A stretch of 64,000 bases of DNA from an uncultured Holophagales bacterium (GTDB taxonomy: Bacteria; Acidobacteriota; Thermoanaerobaculia; Multivoradales; UBA5704). Shown piece after piece: positions 1-12,041 of the stretch. The translations under genes and the position numbers were made by a program. The DNA is taken from assembly GCA_963842525.1 (NCBI GenBank), contig CAWJGT010000009.1:1088001-1152000 (forward strand), written 5' to 3'. Position 1 is the first letter of the stretch, and each line of letters starts with the position of its first letter. The notes below the pieces were generated by a model that was not told the DNA's origin, made no database searches, and worked only from the letters and a program-made list of their open reading frames with translations.

Positions 1-957
1 CTCGTGGGCGCACTCGGCGCACGCGCCGGGCTGTACGAGGCGGCGTCGGTGCGGGTTCATCCGACCGGGAGCGTGACCGTGTTCACCGGCTCGCACAGCC
101 ATGGCCAGGGACACGAGACCACGTTCGCCCAGCTCGTCGTCGAGAGGCTCGGCATTCCTCTCGAAAACGTCGAGGTCGTCCATGGCGATACCGACCGCAT
201 CCCCTTCGGCATGGGGACCTACGGCTCGCGGTCCGCCGCGGTCGGCGGCTCGGCGATCTACAAGGCGATCGACAAGATCGTCGACAAAGGGAAGAAAGTG
301 GCGGCCCACCTCCTGGAGGCGAGCGTCGCCGACGTCGAGTTCTCCGACGGCAAGTTCCGCGTCGTCGGCACGGACCGCGAGAAGTCGTTCGGCGACATCG
401 CGCTCGCCGCTTACGTGCCCCACAACTATCCGATCGAAACGGTCGAGCCGGGGCTCGAAGACTCGGCCTTCTACGATCCCAAGAACTTCACCTTCCCGGC
501 GGGCTGCCACTGCGTCGAGGTCGAGGTCGATCCCGAGACCGGGGTCGTCGAGGTGACGGACGTCGCGATCGCCGACGACGTCGGAGTGATCATCAACCCG
601 ATGATCGTCGACGGACAGGCGCACGGCGGCCTGGCGCAGGGCATCGGGCAGGCGCTCCTCGAAGAGGCGGTCTACGACGCGGAGGGGCAGCTCCTGTCGG
701 GCTCGTTCATGAGCTATTGCATGCCGCGCGCGGCGGACCTGCCGATGTTCAAGGTCGGCAACCACGTGACCGCGTGTACGCACAATCCGGTCGGAATCAA
801 GGGCGTGGGCGAGGTCGGCGCCATCGGCGTCCCGCCCGCAGTCATCAATGCCGTGCTCGACGCTCTGACCCCGCTCGGCGTCACGGACATCACCATGCCG
901 GCGACCCCCGAGAAGGTCTGGCGGGCGATCCGCGCGGCGGGGGGAGGTACCGCATGA
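1..957 (+). CDS. Xanthine dehydrogenase family Mo-binding large subunit (CoxL/CutL-like, probably form II type), 5' partial
   Basis: [30 protein letters not shown] and KGVGEVG motifs. L-then-M gene order. The active-site loop lies outside the window. Confidence 0.9.
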   Translation, partial: LVGALGARAGLYEAASVRVHPTGSVTVFTGSHSHGQGHETTFAQLVVERLGIPLENVEVVHGDTDRIPFGMGTYGSRSAAVGGSAIYKAIDKIVDKGKKVAAHLLEASVADVEFSDGKFRVVGTDREKSFGDIALAAYVPHNYPIETVEPGLEDSAFYDPKNFTFPAGCHCVEVEVDPETGVVEVTDVAIADDVGVIINPMIVDGQAHGGLAQGIGQALLEEAVYDAEGQLLSGSFMSYCMPRAADLPMFKVGNHVTACTHNPVGIKGVGEVGAIGVPPAVINAVLDALTPLGVTDITMPATPEKVWRAIRAAGGGTA

Positions 958-1745
958 AGAGCTTCGAATTCCACCGTCCGCAGTCGGTCGCCGACGCGGT
1001 CCTGCTGCTTCAGGGCAACGACGCGGCCAAGCTCCTCGCCGGAGGGCAAAGCCTGATCCCCGTGATGAAGCTCGACCTGGCGCAGCCCTCGGCCGTCGTG
1101 TCGCTCGGCGCCATCACCGGTCTCCGGAACATCCTCGACGGCGACCCCCTGGTGATCGGCGCTCTCGCCACGCACGACGAGGTGAGCACGTCCCCCGTGG
1201 TGCGGCAGCGCATCCCGAGTCTCGCCAACCTGGCCGGGGGGATCGGCGATGCGCAGGTCCGCAACCGCGGAACCCTGGGCGGCTCGCTCGCCCACGGCGA
1301 TCCGGCCGCCGACTATCCCGCGGCCGTGCTCGGCCTGGGCGCGACGATCGAGACCGACCGCCGCAGCATCGCGGCCGACGACTATTTCACCGGCCTGTTC
1401 ACCACGGCGCTCGAACCGGACGAGATCATCACCGCCGTGCACTTTCCGGTGCCGGAGCGCTCGGGTTATGCCAAGTTCGCCAGCCCGGCGTCGAAGTACG
1501 CGATCGTCGGCGTGATGGTGGCGAAGACCGCGGGCGGCGTGCGCGTCGCGGTCACCGGGGCCGGTCCCAAGGTGTTCCGCGTCCCCGCGTTGGAGGCGGC
1601 GCTCACAGTGCAGTTTTCGCCGGACGCCGTCACCTCCGGGGTCGTTTCGCCCGGGGATCTGCGGTCGGACAACGAGGCAAGCGCGGAGTACCGGGCGCAT
1701 CTCGTGACGGTGATGGCCCGGCGGGCCGTCCAGGCCTGTCAATAA
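954..1745 (+). CDS. FAD-binding medium subunit (CoxM/CutM-like)
   Basis: ATGA overlap with the upstream gene; LAGGQSL and [14 protein letters not shown] motifs. Confidence 0.92.
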   Translation: MKSFEFHRPQSVADAVLLLQGNDAAKLLAGGQSLIPVMKLDLAQPSAVVSLGAITGLRNILDGDPLVIGALATHDEVSTSPVVRQRIPSLANLAGGIGDAQVRNRGTLGGSLAHGDPAADYPAAVLGLGATIETDRRSIAADDYFTGLFTTALEPDEIITAVHFPVPERSGYAKFASPASKYAIVGVMVAKTAGGVRVAVTGAGPKVFRVPALEAALTVQFSPDAVTSGVVSPGDLRSDNEASAEYRAHLVTVMARRAVQACQ

Positions 1746-1746
1746 G

Positions 1747-2663
<917 letters not shown>

Positions 2664-2667
<4 letters not shown>

Positions 2668-3818
2668 CGTCGAAGCTGGCGGAGAACGTCGTCCATTTCA
2701 CCCGCCTTTTGCGCGGCGCCGGTCTCCGTCTTGGGCCGGCGAGCGCTCTGGACGCCCTTGCCGCCGCGTCCGCGGTGGATGTCGTTGTACGTAGCGAGCT
2801 CTATTCGGCACTCCATGCTGTCCTGGTCAAACGGCCGGAAGATTTCGAGGTCTTCGATCAGGCCTTCCGTCTGTTCTGGCGCGAGCCGGGACGCGTTCCC
2901 GATGCGCTGGCGCAGCTCCTGGCGCAGATGCGTATGCCGCAGGCGTCGGCGACCGCGGACATCTCGCGGCGGGTTGCCGAGGCATGGCGCAAGCCGTCGT
3001 CCACTGGACAGGCGCCCGCCGAGCAGGGCGAGGTCGATGCCGCGCTCACCTTCTCGTCCGACGAGGTTCTTCGCACACGCGATTTCGATCAGATGACCGC
3101 CGGGGAGCTGGCCCGCGCCAAGCGGATCGTCGCCCAGATGGCAGTGGTGCAGCGGCCAATCCGCACACGTCGCTTCGCACCCGATCCACACGGCGACCGC
3201 ATCGACCTCGCCCGCACAGTTCGCGAAAGCCGCAAGACCTTCGGCGACCTGGCGCCCCTGCATTTCAGATCACGCATCCTCCTGCCGCCGCCGCTGGTCG
3301 TCCTGTGTGACATCTCGGGCTCGATGGGACGCTATTCGGAGATGCTGCTGCACTTCCTGCACGCCCTGCTCGCCGCCCGCAGCCGCGTCCATGCCTTCCT
3401 TTTTGCCACCCGGCTCACGAAGGTGACTCGGATCCTCCGCCGCCGCGACGTCGACGAAGCGCTCGCGCGCTGCGGCCGCGAGGTCCTGGACTGGTCGGGA
3501 GGAACCCGCCTGCGCACCTGCCTGCACGACTTCAACCGCACCTGGTCACGGCGCGTGCTGGGCCACGGCGCCGTGGTGCTGCTCGTCACCGACGGCCTCG
3601 ACCGCGACCCCGAGCCCGGCCTGGACGCCGAGGCCGACCGCCTCCACCGCTCCTGCCGCAGGCTGATCTGGCTCAACCCTCTCCTGCGCTGGGAGGGATT
3701 CCAGCCCCGAGCCCAGGGAGTGCGCGCCCTCCTGCCCCACGTCGACGAGCACCGTCCCGTCCATAACCTGGACAGCCTCGAAGCGCTGGGCCGGGCCTTG
3801 GGCAAGGCCGAGCCGTAG
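2664..3818 (+). CDS. VWA-domain protein (CoxE-like)
   Basis: MIDAS DISGSM, WSGGTR, TDGLD, WLNPL; GTGA overlap with the ATPase gene. Confidence 0.92.
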
Positions 3819-3861
3819 GGGCTCCCCGGTGAGCGCGGGGCTCACGGGGCTCTCGATAGAG

Positions 3862-3890
3862 TTGACGCCCCGCCCCAATTCAGCTATACT
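3862..3890 (+). promoter_or_regulatory. Putative sigma70 promoter for the redox island
   Basis: TTGACG-17 bp-TATACT in an AT-richer intergenic stretch upstream of 4173. Confidence 0.55.
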
Positions 3891-4172
3891 AGAAATACAT
3901 CAATAGTTGACTATATAAGGGGGAGGCCCGGGGTGAGCACCGCTGTCTTATCAGCCGCATGCACGGCGACGGGAGCTCCGGCTGGCGTGTTGCGGAGACA
4001 CGGACGGCGGCCGCATCGCCGGCGTAGTCTTGAACGCTCTCAAAACCGCTCAACGCCCCGACCCCCTGGTTCATGAGGCTGAACAAGGTCCCGGGCGACT
4101 CATCGCACGATAAGCAATTGCAGCCAATCAAGAAGGCTCACCAGAACCAGGAACCATGGAGGAGCGACGCAG

Positions 4173-6653
4173 ATGAACCACCAAATCGCGCAGAAATTGA
4201 TGTTGGTTTGCTGCCTCATCCTTCTTCTCGGCTGCCCCAAGAAGGGCGCCGACGGGAAGCCACAGGCCGGAAACGTGGTCGTGGACGAAGCCCGGCTCGC
4301 AGGCCGCGACGCCGCATCGTTCCCCGCCGCGGACGAGGACTACTACCGCGACATGGACGGCGGCGTGCCCCTGACGCCTGCCCAGGTCGTTGGACGCAAC
4401 AACTGGGTCGTGTGGACCGCGGGGAACGACCGTCTGTGGGACGTCCTCACGGACAAGAGCGCTGGGTCCTTCGATCTCCTGAAGACGATCTCCTCCTACA
4501 CCTACCCGAAGGACTCGAAGCTCCCGCAGTACGGCCGCCACAACCGGTGGAAGTGGCAGGGCCTGGTCAACGAGCCCTGTTTCGAGGAGGCCAAGGGGCC
4601 GGACCCGGACCGCTTCGGCCTGTGGCTCGACAAGCGCCGCGCCGACTGTCCTCCTGACCCCTTCGAAAACGAGGCCAAGTACCCGGGCATCAAGCTCGGA
4701 GCGCGGGGCAAGAACCTGCCTGCCGGATCCTATTACGGCTGGGGCACCGGGATCATGGGCCTGCGGCTGTTCCCGAATCCGGCCTTCGACGAAGCGGCAG
4801 CCAAGGCCTGGGATCCGGTGCGCTATTACTCCGACCCCAGCTACTACCTGCGCAAGGGTCTCGTGCGGCCCTACCGGGTCGGCATGTCGTGCGGCTTCTG
4901 CCACGTCGGGCCCAACCCGGTCCATCCGCCCGCCGATCCGGAAAACCCGCAGTGGGCGGACCTGTCCTCGAACGTCGGCGCCCAGTACTTCTGGATCGAC
5001 CGCATCTTCAGTTGGGATGCGGATGAGAGCAGCTTCCCCTACCAGCTCTTCCACACCTCGCGCCCGGGCGCCCTCGACACCTCCCTGGTCTCCACCGACT
5101 ACATCAACAACCCGCGCACGATGAATGCCGTGTACGATCTCGGCGCCCGGCTGGCTCAGGGCAAGCGCTGGGGCAAGGAGACGCTGGCAGGGGGCGAGCT
5201 GGACAACAAACAATTCAACGAGTACTTCCCTGGCGGGCCGCTCTCCGAGTTTTTCCAGCCGCCGAGCACCGTCTTCACGCCGCGCGTGCTCAAAGACGGC
5301 GCCGACTCGGTCGGGGCCCTGGGAGCGCTCAACCGGGTCTACATCAACATCGGGCTGTTCAGCGAGGAGTGGCTGCGGCACTTCAATCCGCTGGCGGGCG
5401 GCAAGCCCATCTCGCCGATCGAGGTCAAGGTGGGGCGCGCGAATTCGAGCTTCTGGCAGGCCAACGAGGCGCAGACCCCCCACGTCGCCGATTTCTTCCT
5501 GGCCACCACGGCGCCGCATCTGCTCCAGGACGCCCCCGGCGGCGCGGCCCATCTCACCAAGGACCAGGCGCAGCTCACTCGCGGCAAGGAGGTCTTCGCG
5601 GCAACTTGCGCGCGCTGCCACTCGTCCAAGCTCCCCGCGTCGGCGGCGGGGCTCGATCCCGGCGGCTGCGCAGGTCCCGGCTATCTCGACTGCTGGAACA
5701 AGTACTGGGCGTCGACCAAGACCGACGATTTCAAGAAGCAGATGCGGGAGATCGTGCTCAAGGACGATTTCCTCAAGGACAACTTCCTGTCGACCGAGGC
5801 GCGCGTCCCCGTGACGCTCCTGGAGACGAACGCCTGCAGCCCGCTTGCCACCAATGCGATTGCCGGCAATATCTGGGACAACTACTCCTCGCAGTCGTAC
5901 AAGAACCTGCCTTCGGTGGGCACGATCACGGTCCATGACCCGTTCACCGGCGAGCCGAAGCAGTTCACCATGCCTGGCGGTGGCCGCGGCTACACGCGGC
6001 CGGCCTCGTTGATCAGCCTGTGGTCGACGGCTCCCTTCCTGCTGAACAACACGGTGGGACTGTTCAACGGGGATCCTTCGGTCAAGGGGCGGATGGCCGC
6101 CTTCCAGGACGGCATCGAGAAGATGCTGTGGCCGGAGAAGCGGGACAAGGATCCGAAGCTCGGCGACAAAATTCCGGGCCCCAGCCTGATCGACCGGACG
6201 ACCGCGTCGAGCTATCTCCGGGTTCCGTCCGGCTACGTTCCCGATTTCCTGCGGAAACAGCGCTTCCTGGCGGAACGGTTGACTCCGGCGATCCTCGGGG
6301 AAGGCGGCATCGAGATCGGGCCAATCCCCAAGGGGACGCCGGTCAACCTGCTGACGAACATCAACGTCCGGCCCGACAACCAGACGACGCGGGAGAGGCT
6401 GGCGCACGACAAGAAGCTCCTGGGGCTCCTGATAGATGTCAAGCGCGACCTCAGGAAATTGCCGGTGGGCGCCACCGATGAGCAGGCGCGCGAAGTCTTT
6501 GCCAACCTGGTGCCCCGTATGCTCGAGCTCAGCAAGTGCCCGGATTTCGTGGTCAACCGCGGCCACTACTTCGGCACCGACCTCTTCAAGGAGGAGCCGG
6601 GTTTGAGCGATGCCGACAAGAGGGCTCTGATCGAGTTCCTGAAGACCTTCTGA
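4173..6653 (+). CDS. Di-haem cytochrome c lipoprotein, RoxA/MauG/bCcP superfamily-like
   Basis: Lipobox-like LLLGC; two CxxCH motifs (CGFCH, CARCH after RGKEVF); SLWSTAPFLLNNTVG; C-terminal GHYFG...DKRALIEFLKTF. Confidence 0.75.
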   Translation: MNHQIAQKLMLVCCLILLLGCPKKGADGKPQAGNVVVDEARLAGRDAASFPAADEDYYRDMDGGVPLTPAQVVGRNNWVVWTAGNDRLWDVLTDKSAGSFDLLKTISSYTYPKDSKLPQYGRHNRWKWQGLVNEPCFEEAKGPDPDRFGLWLDKRRADCPPDPFENEAKYPGIKLGARGKNLPAGSYYGWGTGIMGLRLFPNPAFDEAAAKAWDPVRYYSDPSYYLRKGLVRPYRVGMSCGFCHVGPNPVHPPADPENPQWADLSSNVGAQYFWIDRIFSWDADESSFPYQLFHTSRPGALDTSLVSTDYINNPRTMNAVYDLGARLAQGKRWGKETLAGGELDNKQFNEYFPGGPLSEFFQPPSTVFTPRVLKDGADSVGALGALNRVYINIGLFSEEWLRHFNPLAGGKPISPIEVKVGRANSSFWQANEAQTPHVADFFLATTAPHLLQDAPGGAAHLTKDQAQLTRGKEVFAATCARCHSSKLPASAAGLDPGGCAGPGYLDCWNKYWASTKTDDFKKQMREIVLKDDFLKDNFLSTEARVPVTLLETNACSPLATNAIAGNIWDNYSSQSYKNLPSVGTITVHDPFTGEPKQFTMPGGGRGYTRPASLISLWSTAPFLLNNTVGLFNGDPSVKGRMAAFQDGIEKMLWPEKRDKDPKLGDKIPGPSLIDRTTASSYLRVPSGYVPDFLRKQRFLAERLTPAILGEGGIEIGPIPKGTPVNLLTNINVRPDNQTTRERLAHDKKLLGLLIDVKRDLRKLPVGATDEQAREVFANLVPRMLELSKCPDFVVNRGHYFGTDLFKEEPGLSDADKRALIEFLKTF

Positions 6654-6685
6654 CGCCGCCGGGGTTTGCAAGGGAAAGGAGAGGG

Positions 6686-8560
6686 ATGAGCTCTCAGACC
6701 CAACAGCAGGCGGAGGTCAGCTTGGAAGAGGAGTATGAGTACATCGTCGTGGGCTCGGGGGCCGGGGGCGGGCCGTTGGCCGCCAACCTGGCCCTCGCCG
6801 GCCACACGGTGCTGGTGCTGGAGGCCGGAGGCTCTCCAGACACCTACAACTACCAGGTGCCGGCGTTCCATCCCAACGCCTCGGAGGAGCCGGGGATGTC
6901 CTGGGGCTTCTTCGTGCGCCACTATGCCGATGACGAGCAGCAGAAGAAGGATTGGAAATACGTGCCGGAGCGCGGGATCTACTACCCGCGCGCCGGCACG
7001 CTGGGCGGTTGCACCGCGCACAACGCGATGATCCTCGTCTACCCCCACAACAGCGACTGGGATCGAATCGCCGAGCTGACCGGCGACAAGTCCTGGAACG
7101 CCAAAGCCATGCGCCGCTACTACCAGCGCCTGGAGGAGTGCCGCTACCGCGGCATCCTGCGCTTCCTCTACCGGCTCCTGCGCTGGAATCCCAGCCGTCA
7201 CGGCTTCGGCGGCTGGCTGGCCAGCGAGACGGCGGCGATCAAGCTGCTGCTCGACGACCAGGGTTTGCTCTGGCTTGTCCGCTGGTCAGCCTTCAAGAAC
7301 CTCTTCAGGCAGGGCCTCAAGCAGGCCCTGAAGCAGCTCGCCTTCTCCGTCATCACCTGGTTTGACCCCAATAGCTGGTGGTCGGTGGTGCGCCGCTCGG
7401 AAGGATTCCGCATGGCTCCGCTGTCGCGCGACATGGGACGCCGAACGGGCAGCCGGGAGCGGCTCAACGCCGTGAAGAGCGACCCCAAATTCAGAGACAA
7501 CCTCACGATCCGGCTAGGAGCCCTCGCCACGCGCGTGCTGTTCGACGACGGCCAGCGCGCCGTCGGCGTGGAATACATCGAAGGCGCCCACCTCTACAAG
7601 GCCGACGTCCTGAACCAGCCCGGGGAGACTGGCACTGTGCGGCAGGCGCGGGCCAGCCGCGAGGTGATCCTGGCCGGCGGCGCCTTCAACACGCCGCAGC
7701 TCTTGCAGCTCTCCGGCATCGGCCCTGCCGACCTCCTGCAGCGCCACGGTATCCCGGTGCGGGTCGACCTGCCGGGAGTTGGGGCCAATCTCCAGGACCG
7801 CTACGAGATCACGGTCGTCCTGCGCATGGACAAGCCGTTCTCCTCGTTCAAGGACGCGACCATGATGCCGCCCGGGCCGGGCGAGGAGCCCGATCCGCAG
7901 TTCAAACAGTGGCGCGCCAGCGGCGAGGGCGCCTATACCACCAACGGTACGGTGATGTCGTTCATCAAGCGCTCGCGGCCGGAGCTGCTCGATCCGGACC
8001 TTTTCCTCTTCGGGCTGGTGACCGATTTCCGCGGCTACTACCCGGGCTACTCGAAGAGGATCCAGGAGGCGCGCCGCTACTTTACCTGGGCGGTGCTCAA
8101 GGGGAGCACCCACAACAGGGGCAAGGTCGAGATCCGCTCGGCCGACCCGCGCGACGTGCCGAGCATCGACTTCAACTACTTCGGCGGCGATGGGTGGAAA
8201 GAGGACCTCGACGCGGTGGTGCACGCCGTCGAGTTCATCCTCGGCATTACCAAGGGTTACGGCCGGCGGATCGATGAAGAGGAGGCGCCGGGCAAACAGA
8301 AGCACAGCCGCGAAGACCTCGAGGAGTACGTTCGCAACCAGGCCTGGGGGCACCACGCCTCCTGCACCTGCAAGATCGGGGTGGACGGCGATCGGATGGC
8401 GGTCCTCGACTCGTCTTTCAGGGTGCGCGGCACCGAGGGCCTGCGAGTCGTCGACGCGTCGGTCTTCCCGCACATCCCGGGCCTGTTCATCGTGTCCGCG
8501 ATCTACATGATTGCCGAGAAGGCGGCCGACGTCATCCTGGCAGACGCCAGGCGCGGTTAG
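6686..8560 (+). CDS. GMC family FAD oxidoreductase
   Basis: VVGSGAGG FAD motif, RAGTLGGCTAHN, GVGANLQD, WGHHASCTCKIG, LRVVDASVFP. Confidence 0.93.
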   Translation: MSSQTQQQAEVSLEEEYEYIVVGSGAGGGPLAANLALAGHTVLVLEAGGSPDTYNYQVPAFHPNASEEPGMSWGFFVRHYADDEQQKKDWKYVPERGIYYPRAGTLGGCTAHNAMILVYPHNSDWDRIAELTGDKSWNAKAMRRYYQRLEECRYRGILRFLYRLLRWNPSRHGFGGWLASETAAIKLLLDDQGLLWLVRWSAFKNLFRQGLKQALKQLAFSVITWFDPNSWWSVVRRSEGFRMAPLSRDMGRRTGSRERLNAVKSDPKFRDNLTIRLGALATRVLFDDGQRAVGVEYIEGAHLYKADVLNQPGETGTVRQARASREVILAGGAFNTPQLLQLSGIGPADLLQRHGIPVRVDLPGVGANLQDRYEITVVLRMDKPFSSFKDATMMPPGPGEEPDPQFKQWRASGEGAYTTNGTVMSFIKRSRPELLDPDLFLFGLVTDFRGYYPGYSKRIQEARRYFTWAVLKGSTHNRGKVEIRSADPRDVPSIDFNYFGGDGWKEDLDAVVHAVEFILGITKGYGRRIDEEEAPGKQKHSREDLEEYVRNQAWGHHASCTCKIGVDGDRMAVLDSSFRVRGTEGLRVVDASVFPHIPGLFIVSAIYMIAEKAADVILADARRG

Positions 8561-8660
8561 CTTGAATTGGAGCAACGAGCATTTATGGTAGAATTACTAA
8601 CAAGCCCTACTTCGACTCCGCGCGACGAAGCGCCGCGAGCTACCGACGAGGAGTAGCCTT

Positions 8661-10370
8661 ATGCGCAAAGCCGGATTTGTATTGATCCTCTTCTTGGCGG
8701 TGCTGGGGACTGCGATAGGACAGCAGATCCCGAAACCGCCACCCGAGGACAATCCAAACGCCCATGCTCTGGCCGACCAGCTCTATCCGTCCGCCAAGGT
8801 CTGCGGCGAGTGTCACCCCAGGCAGTACGAGCAGTGGAGCAACTCCTCCCACGCCTATGCCAGCCTGTCCCCGATGTTCAACAAGTTCGAGCAGAAGATC
8901 AATGACCTGGCGTCAGGCACCATCAACTCCTTCTGCGTCCGCTGTCACGCCAGCGTCGGCACGGCCCTGGGCGAGAGGCGCGACATTGCCTGGTGGGATC
9001 GCAGCGCGGCCTCCCGCGAAGGCATCACCTGCGTCACCTGCCACCGCGTCGGGAACGGCTACGGCAAGACGAACGCCGCGCGGCGGATCACGCCGGGCGG
9101 CATCCACGAGGCCGTGTTCGGCCCCTTCGATACCCAAGGCGGCATCAAGGCGATCAGCGAAGCGACAGACCTCCAGCTCCTCGTGAGCCACGACCAGCCC
9201 GACAGGCCGGACGAGTCGGACGGGACCAAATGGATCAGGATTCACCAGGCGGCGGTGCAATCGGAGTTCATCACGAAATCAGAGTTCTGCGCCACCTGCC
9301 ACCAGGTCCAGGTCCATCCCGGCATCAAGCTCGAAACCGTCTGGGAAGAGTACCGGTCGTCTCCCGCCGCCAAGGAGGGCATCACCTGCCAGCAGTGCCA
9401 CATGAGCACCAACCCGGGGCTGCCCAGCGGTTTTGCAACAGGGTGGGCCGCCATGATCAACGGCAAGACCGTCCGCGAAGACCGGCCGCTGACCGACCAC
9501 ACCTTCGTCGGCCCGGGCTACCCCATCAGCCATCCCGGCCTCTTCCCGTTCCGCATGGAAGAGTCTCCCTTCACGCCGCAGCAGTGGTTGAAGTTCAACT
9601 ACCGGGACAAGTGGGGGAGCGCAGACTTCGAGAGCAAGGTCGCCGCCTCGTACACCTTCCCGCCCGAGTGGCAGAACCCCGCCGACCGCAAGAAGGCCTG
9701 GGGCATCGTCGAGGAGAATCTCGTGAGGTGGGAGGATCGGCGGAAGCAGCGCGAGAAGCTCCTCGAGACCGCCTCGGACCTCGACGGTCCGTTTTTCAAG
9801 GGGCGCCCCGAGGTCGGTAAGACCTTCTCGTTCGAATACAAGATCACCAATCGCAACAAGGGTCACAACCTCCCGTCCGGCTCTCTGGGGGCCCAGCCCG
9901 AATTGTGGCTCAACGTTGCTCTCATCGATCCTGACGGGAAGAGGATCTGGGAATCGGGCTACGTCGACAGCGACGGTGACGTCGCCGATTTTCAGTCCGC
10001 GGACGTCCAGAACGGTCTGATCGAGCACGACGACCAGCTCGTCAGCATGCAGGCCAAGTTCATCACCACGAACCTGAAGGGAACGGACCGGGAGATGTAT
10101 CTGCCGATCAACCTGGATTTCGACCAGCTTCCCTTCATCCGCCCCGGCGGCACACCGGTCTCGCTGCTCAATCATCCCCCCTTCGCGCGCATGGAGAAGC
10201 GCAGCATCCCGCCTCTGGGCAGCCGGCTCGCGAAGTACAAGGTCCCGGGGAAGCTGCTGACAAAGGCCGGCACCTACCAGCTCGCCGTGCGCCTGCGCGC
10301 CCGGACCGAGCCGATCTACTTCATGAAGTTCGTCGGCGCCACGAACGACATGATCCGGTCCGAAAATTAA
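8661..10370 (+). CDS. Pentahaem cytochrome c (c554/c552-like) with a C-terminal beta domain; the true end may be 10418
   Basis: Signal peptide; five CxxCH motifs (CGECH, CVRCH, CVTCH, CATCH, CQQCH); GHNLPSG motif. Confidence 0.88.
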   Translation: MRKAGFVLILFLAVLGTAIGQQIPKPPPEDNPNAHALADQLYPSAKVCGECHPRQYEQWSNSSHAYASLSPMFNKFEQKINDLASGTINSFCVRCHASVGTALGERRDIAWWDRSAASREGITCVTCHRVGNGYGKTNAARRITPGGIHEAVFGPFDTQGGIKAISEATDLQLLVSHDQPDRPDESDGTKWIRIHQAAVQSEFITKSEFCATCHQVQVHPGIKLETVWEEYRSSPAAKEGITCQQCHMSTNPGLPSGFATGWAAMINGKTVREDRPLTDHTFVGPGYPISHPGLFPFRMEESPFTPQQWLKFNYRDKWGSADFESKVAASYTFPPEWQNPADRKKAWGIVEENLVRWEDRRKQREKLLETASDLDGPFFKGRPEVGKTFSFEYKITNRNKGHNLPSGSLGAQPELWLNVALIDPDGKRIWESGYVDSDGDVADFQSADVQNGLIEHDDQLVSMQAKFITTNLKGTDREMYLPINLDFDQLPFIRPGGTPVSLLNHPPFARMEKRSIPPLGSRLAKYKVPGKLLTKAGTYQLAVRLRARTEPIYFMKFVGATNDMIRSEN

Positions 10371-10430
10371 TGGGCTGACGACATTCATCCCTACGCCGTC
10401 GAATTCGAGGTCCGCTGAGGAGGGGCAAAC

Positions 10431-12008
10431 ATGAACGGAAAAGCGTGGACTGCGAACCCTTTGCTCCTCGGCCTGCTCCTGCTTGCCCTGGGCGTCCCGT
10501 GCGCCTTCGCCGCCGCTGATGAACCCCAAGCCGCAGCCGCCGGCGAGCAAGAGGGGCCCGAGATGTCACCCGAGGCCACGATGCTCGGCGACCTCGAAAC
10601 TCTCGGGGAGCCTTCCGAGGGCTGGTTCAAAGAAGACACAAAAAAGTACGACGGACCCTACGACGCCGAGGCCCAACTGGACATTACTACCAAGAGCAGG
10701 AAAACCGGCAAGCACATGAACAAGACGGCGAATCCACCCATCGAGCTGGGCCGCCGCCTCTACGACCGTGGAGCCTATGAGCCCCGTCCCACCTGGCTCG
10801 GCGCGAAAAACCCGATCAACTCCCACTTCATGGCTTATGGCGACCTTCGTGTCGGCGCCGCCTATTACGACAACGGCGTTGCTGCCGCCGACGGCAAGAC
10901 CGAGCAGTCGGTCGTCGCCGTCCGTCTCAACCTCGACATGGATTTGGCGCTCACCGCCACCGAGCGCATCCACGCCTTCGTGCGCCCGCTCGACAGGAAC
11001 GGCGCGTTTACGCGCTACCAGATCAGCGGCGGCGCCGAAGACGACGAGTTCGTCGACGAGCTCGACTTCGCTCTCGATACTCTCTTCTTCGAAGGCGACC
11101 TCGGTGCCATGACCCAGGGATGGACCGGCAGGACCAACTCGATCGACCTGCCGATCGCCCTCGGCCGCGTTCCCCTGTTCACCCAGAACGGCATCTGGCT
11201 CGACGATGCCTTCAATGGCCTGGCCGCCGGCATCACGGCCAAGAACAGCCCGGCGCTCGACATCAGCAACATGGACCTCACCTTCTTCGCCGGCTTCAAA
11301 CAGGTGACGACCGCCGCCGTTCCCGACAGCAACGACGACGCCAAAGTCTTCGGCCTCGCCGGATTCGCCGACGCCTTCAAAGGTTACGTGGAGCTCGGCT
11401 ATGGCTACATCGATGCCGGCGACAGCGACCTGAGCTACCACAACCTCACCGCCGCGTTTACCAAGCGGTACGGTGGCCGGGTGGCCAATAGCGTCCGGCT
11501 GATCGGCAACATCGGTCAGAGTGCGACGACCAAAACGGCCGACGGGGTGCTGGTCCTGGTGGAGAACTCGCTCATCCCGCGGCGTCCCTGGAATGCCATT
11601 CCCAGTCCCGTGAACGTCGTTCCCTACTTCAACCTTTTCGCCGGCTTCGACACCCCACAGCCGCTGGCGCGGGCCGCCGATTCCGGCGGCGTGCTGAAGA
11701 ACACCGGCATCAACTTCGAATCCGACGGCCTGACGGCCTACCCGACGCTCGACGCCAGCGGGCACGAGTCCTACGGCGGGGCAGTAGGACTGGAGTACCT
11801 GTTCAGCCTCGACCGTCAGATCGTCATCGAAGGGGCGGTGGTCGAGCGCATGAGCGACAGCGTCCTGGGGTCCCAGTACTCCCTCGGAGCCCGCTATCAG
11901 CACAAGATCTCCAACGCCTGGATCGTGCGCCTCGATGCCATGCATGGCTGGCGGCAGGGGCTGAAGGACGTCTACGGGGCGCGAGTGGAAATCCGTCGCA
12001 AACTATGA
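10431..12008 (+). CDS. Putative outer-membrane beta-barrel (porin-like) protein
   Basis: Signal peptide, alternating amphipathic beta strands, terminal strand YGARVEIRRKL; strong SD. Confidence 0.65.
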   Translation: MNGKAWTANPLLLGLLLLALGVPCAFAAADEPQAAAAGEQEGPEMSPEATMLGDLETLGEPSEGWFKEDTKKYDGPYDAEAQLDITTKSRKTGKHMNKTANPPIELGRRLYDRGAYEPRPTWLGAKNPINSHFMAYGDLRVGAAYYDNGVAAADGKTEQSVVAVRLNLDMDLALTATERIHAFVRPLDRNGAFTRYQISGGAEDDEFVDELDFALDTLFFEGDLGAMTQGWTGRTNSIDLPIALGRVPLFTQNGIWLDDAFNGLAAGITAKNSPALDISNMDLTFFAGFKQVTTAAVPDSNDDAKVFGLAGFADAFKGYVELGYGYIDAGDSDLSYHNLTAAFTKRYGGRVANSVRLIGNIGQSATTKTADGVLVLVENSLIPRRPWNAIPSPVNVVPYFNLFAGFDTPQPLARAADSGGVLKNTGINFESDGLTAYPTLDASGHESYGGAVGLEYLFSLDRQIVIEGAVVERMSDSVLGSQYSLGARYQHKISNAWIVRLDAMHGWRQGLKDVYGARVEIRRKL

Positions 12009-12041
12009 TGCCGCTTCGAAAGTGACCCAAGGAGGTTCTCG

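Noticed and set aside
1-957. Calling the first large subunit a true CO dehydrogenase
   Set aside because: The active-site loop is outside the window, and the L-M order fits form II/other Mo-hydroxylases.
10368-10370. Selenocysteine or pyrrolysine recoding of the internal stop
   Set aside because: The codon is TAA, not TGA or TAG.
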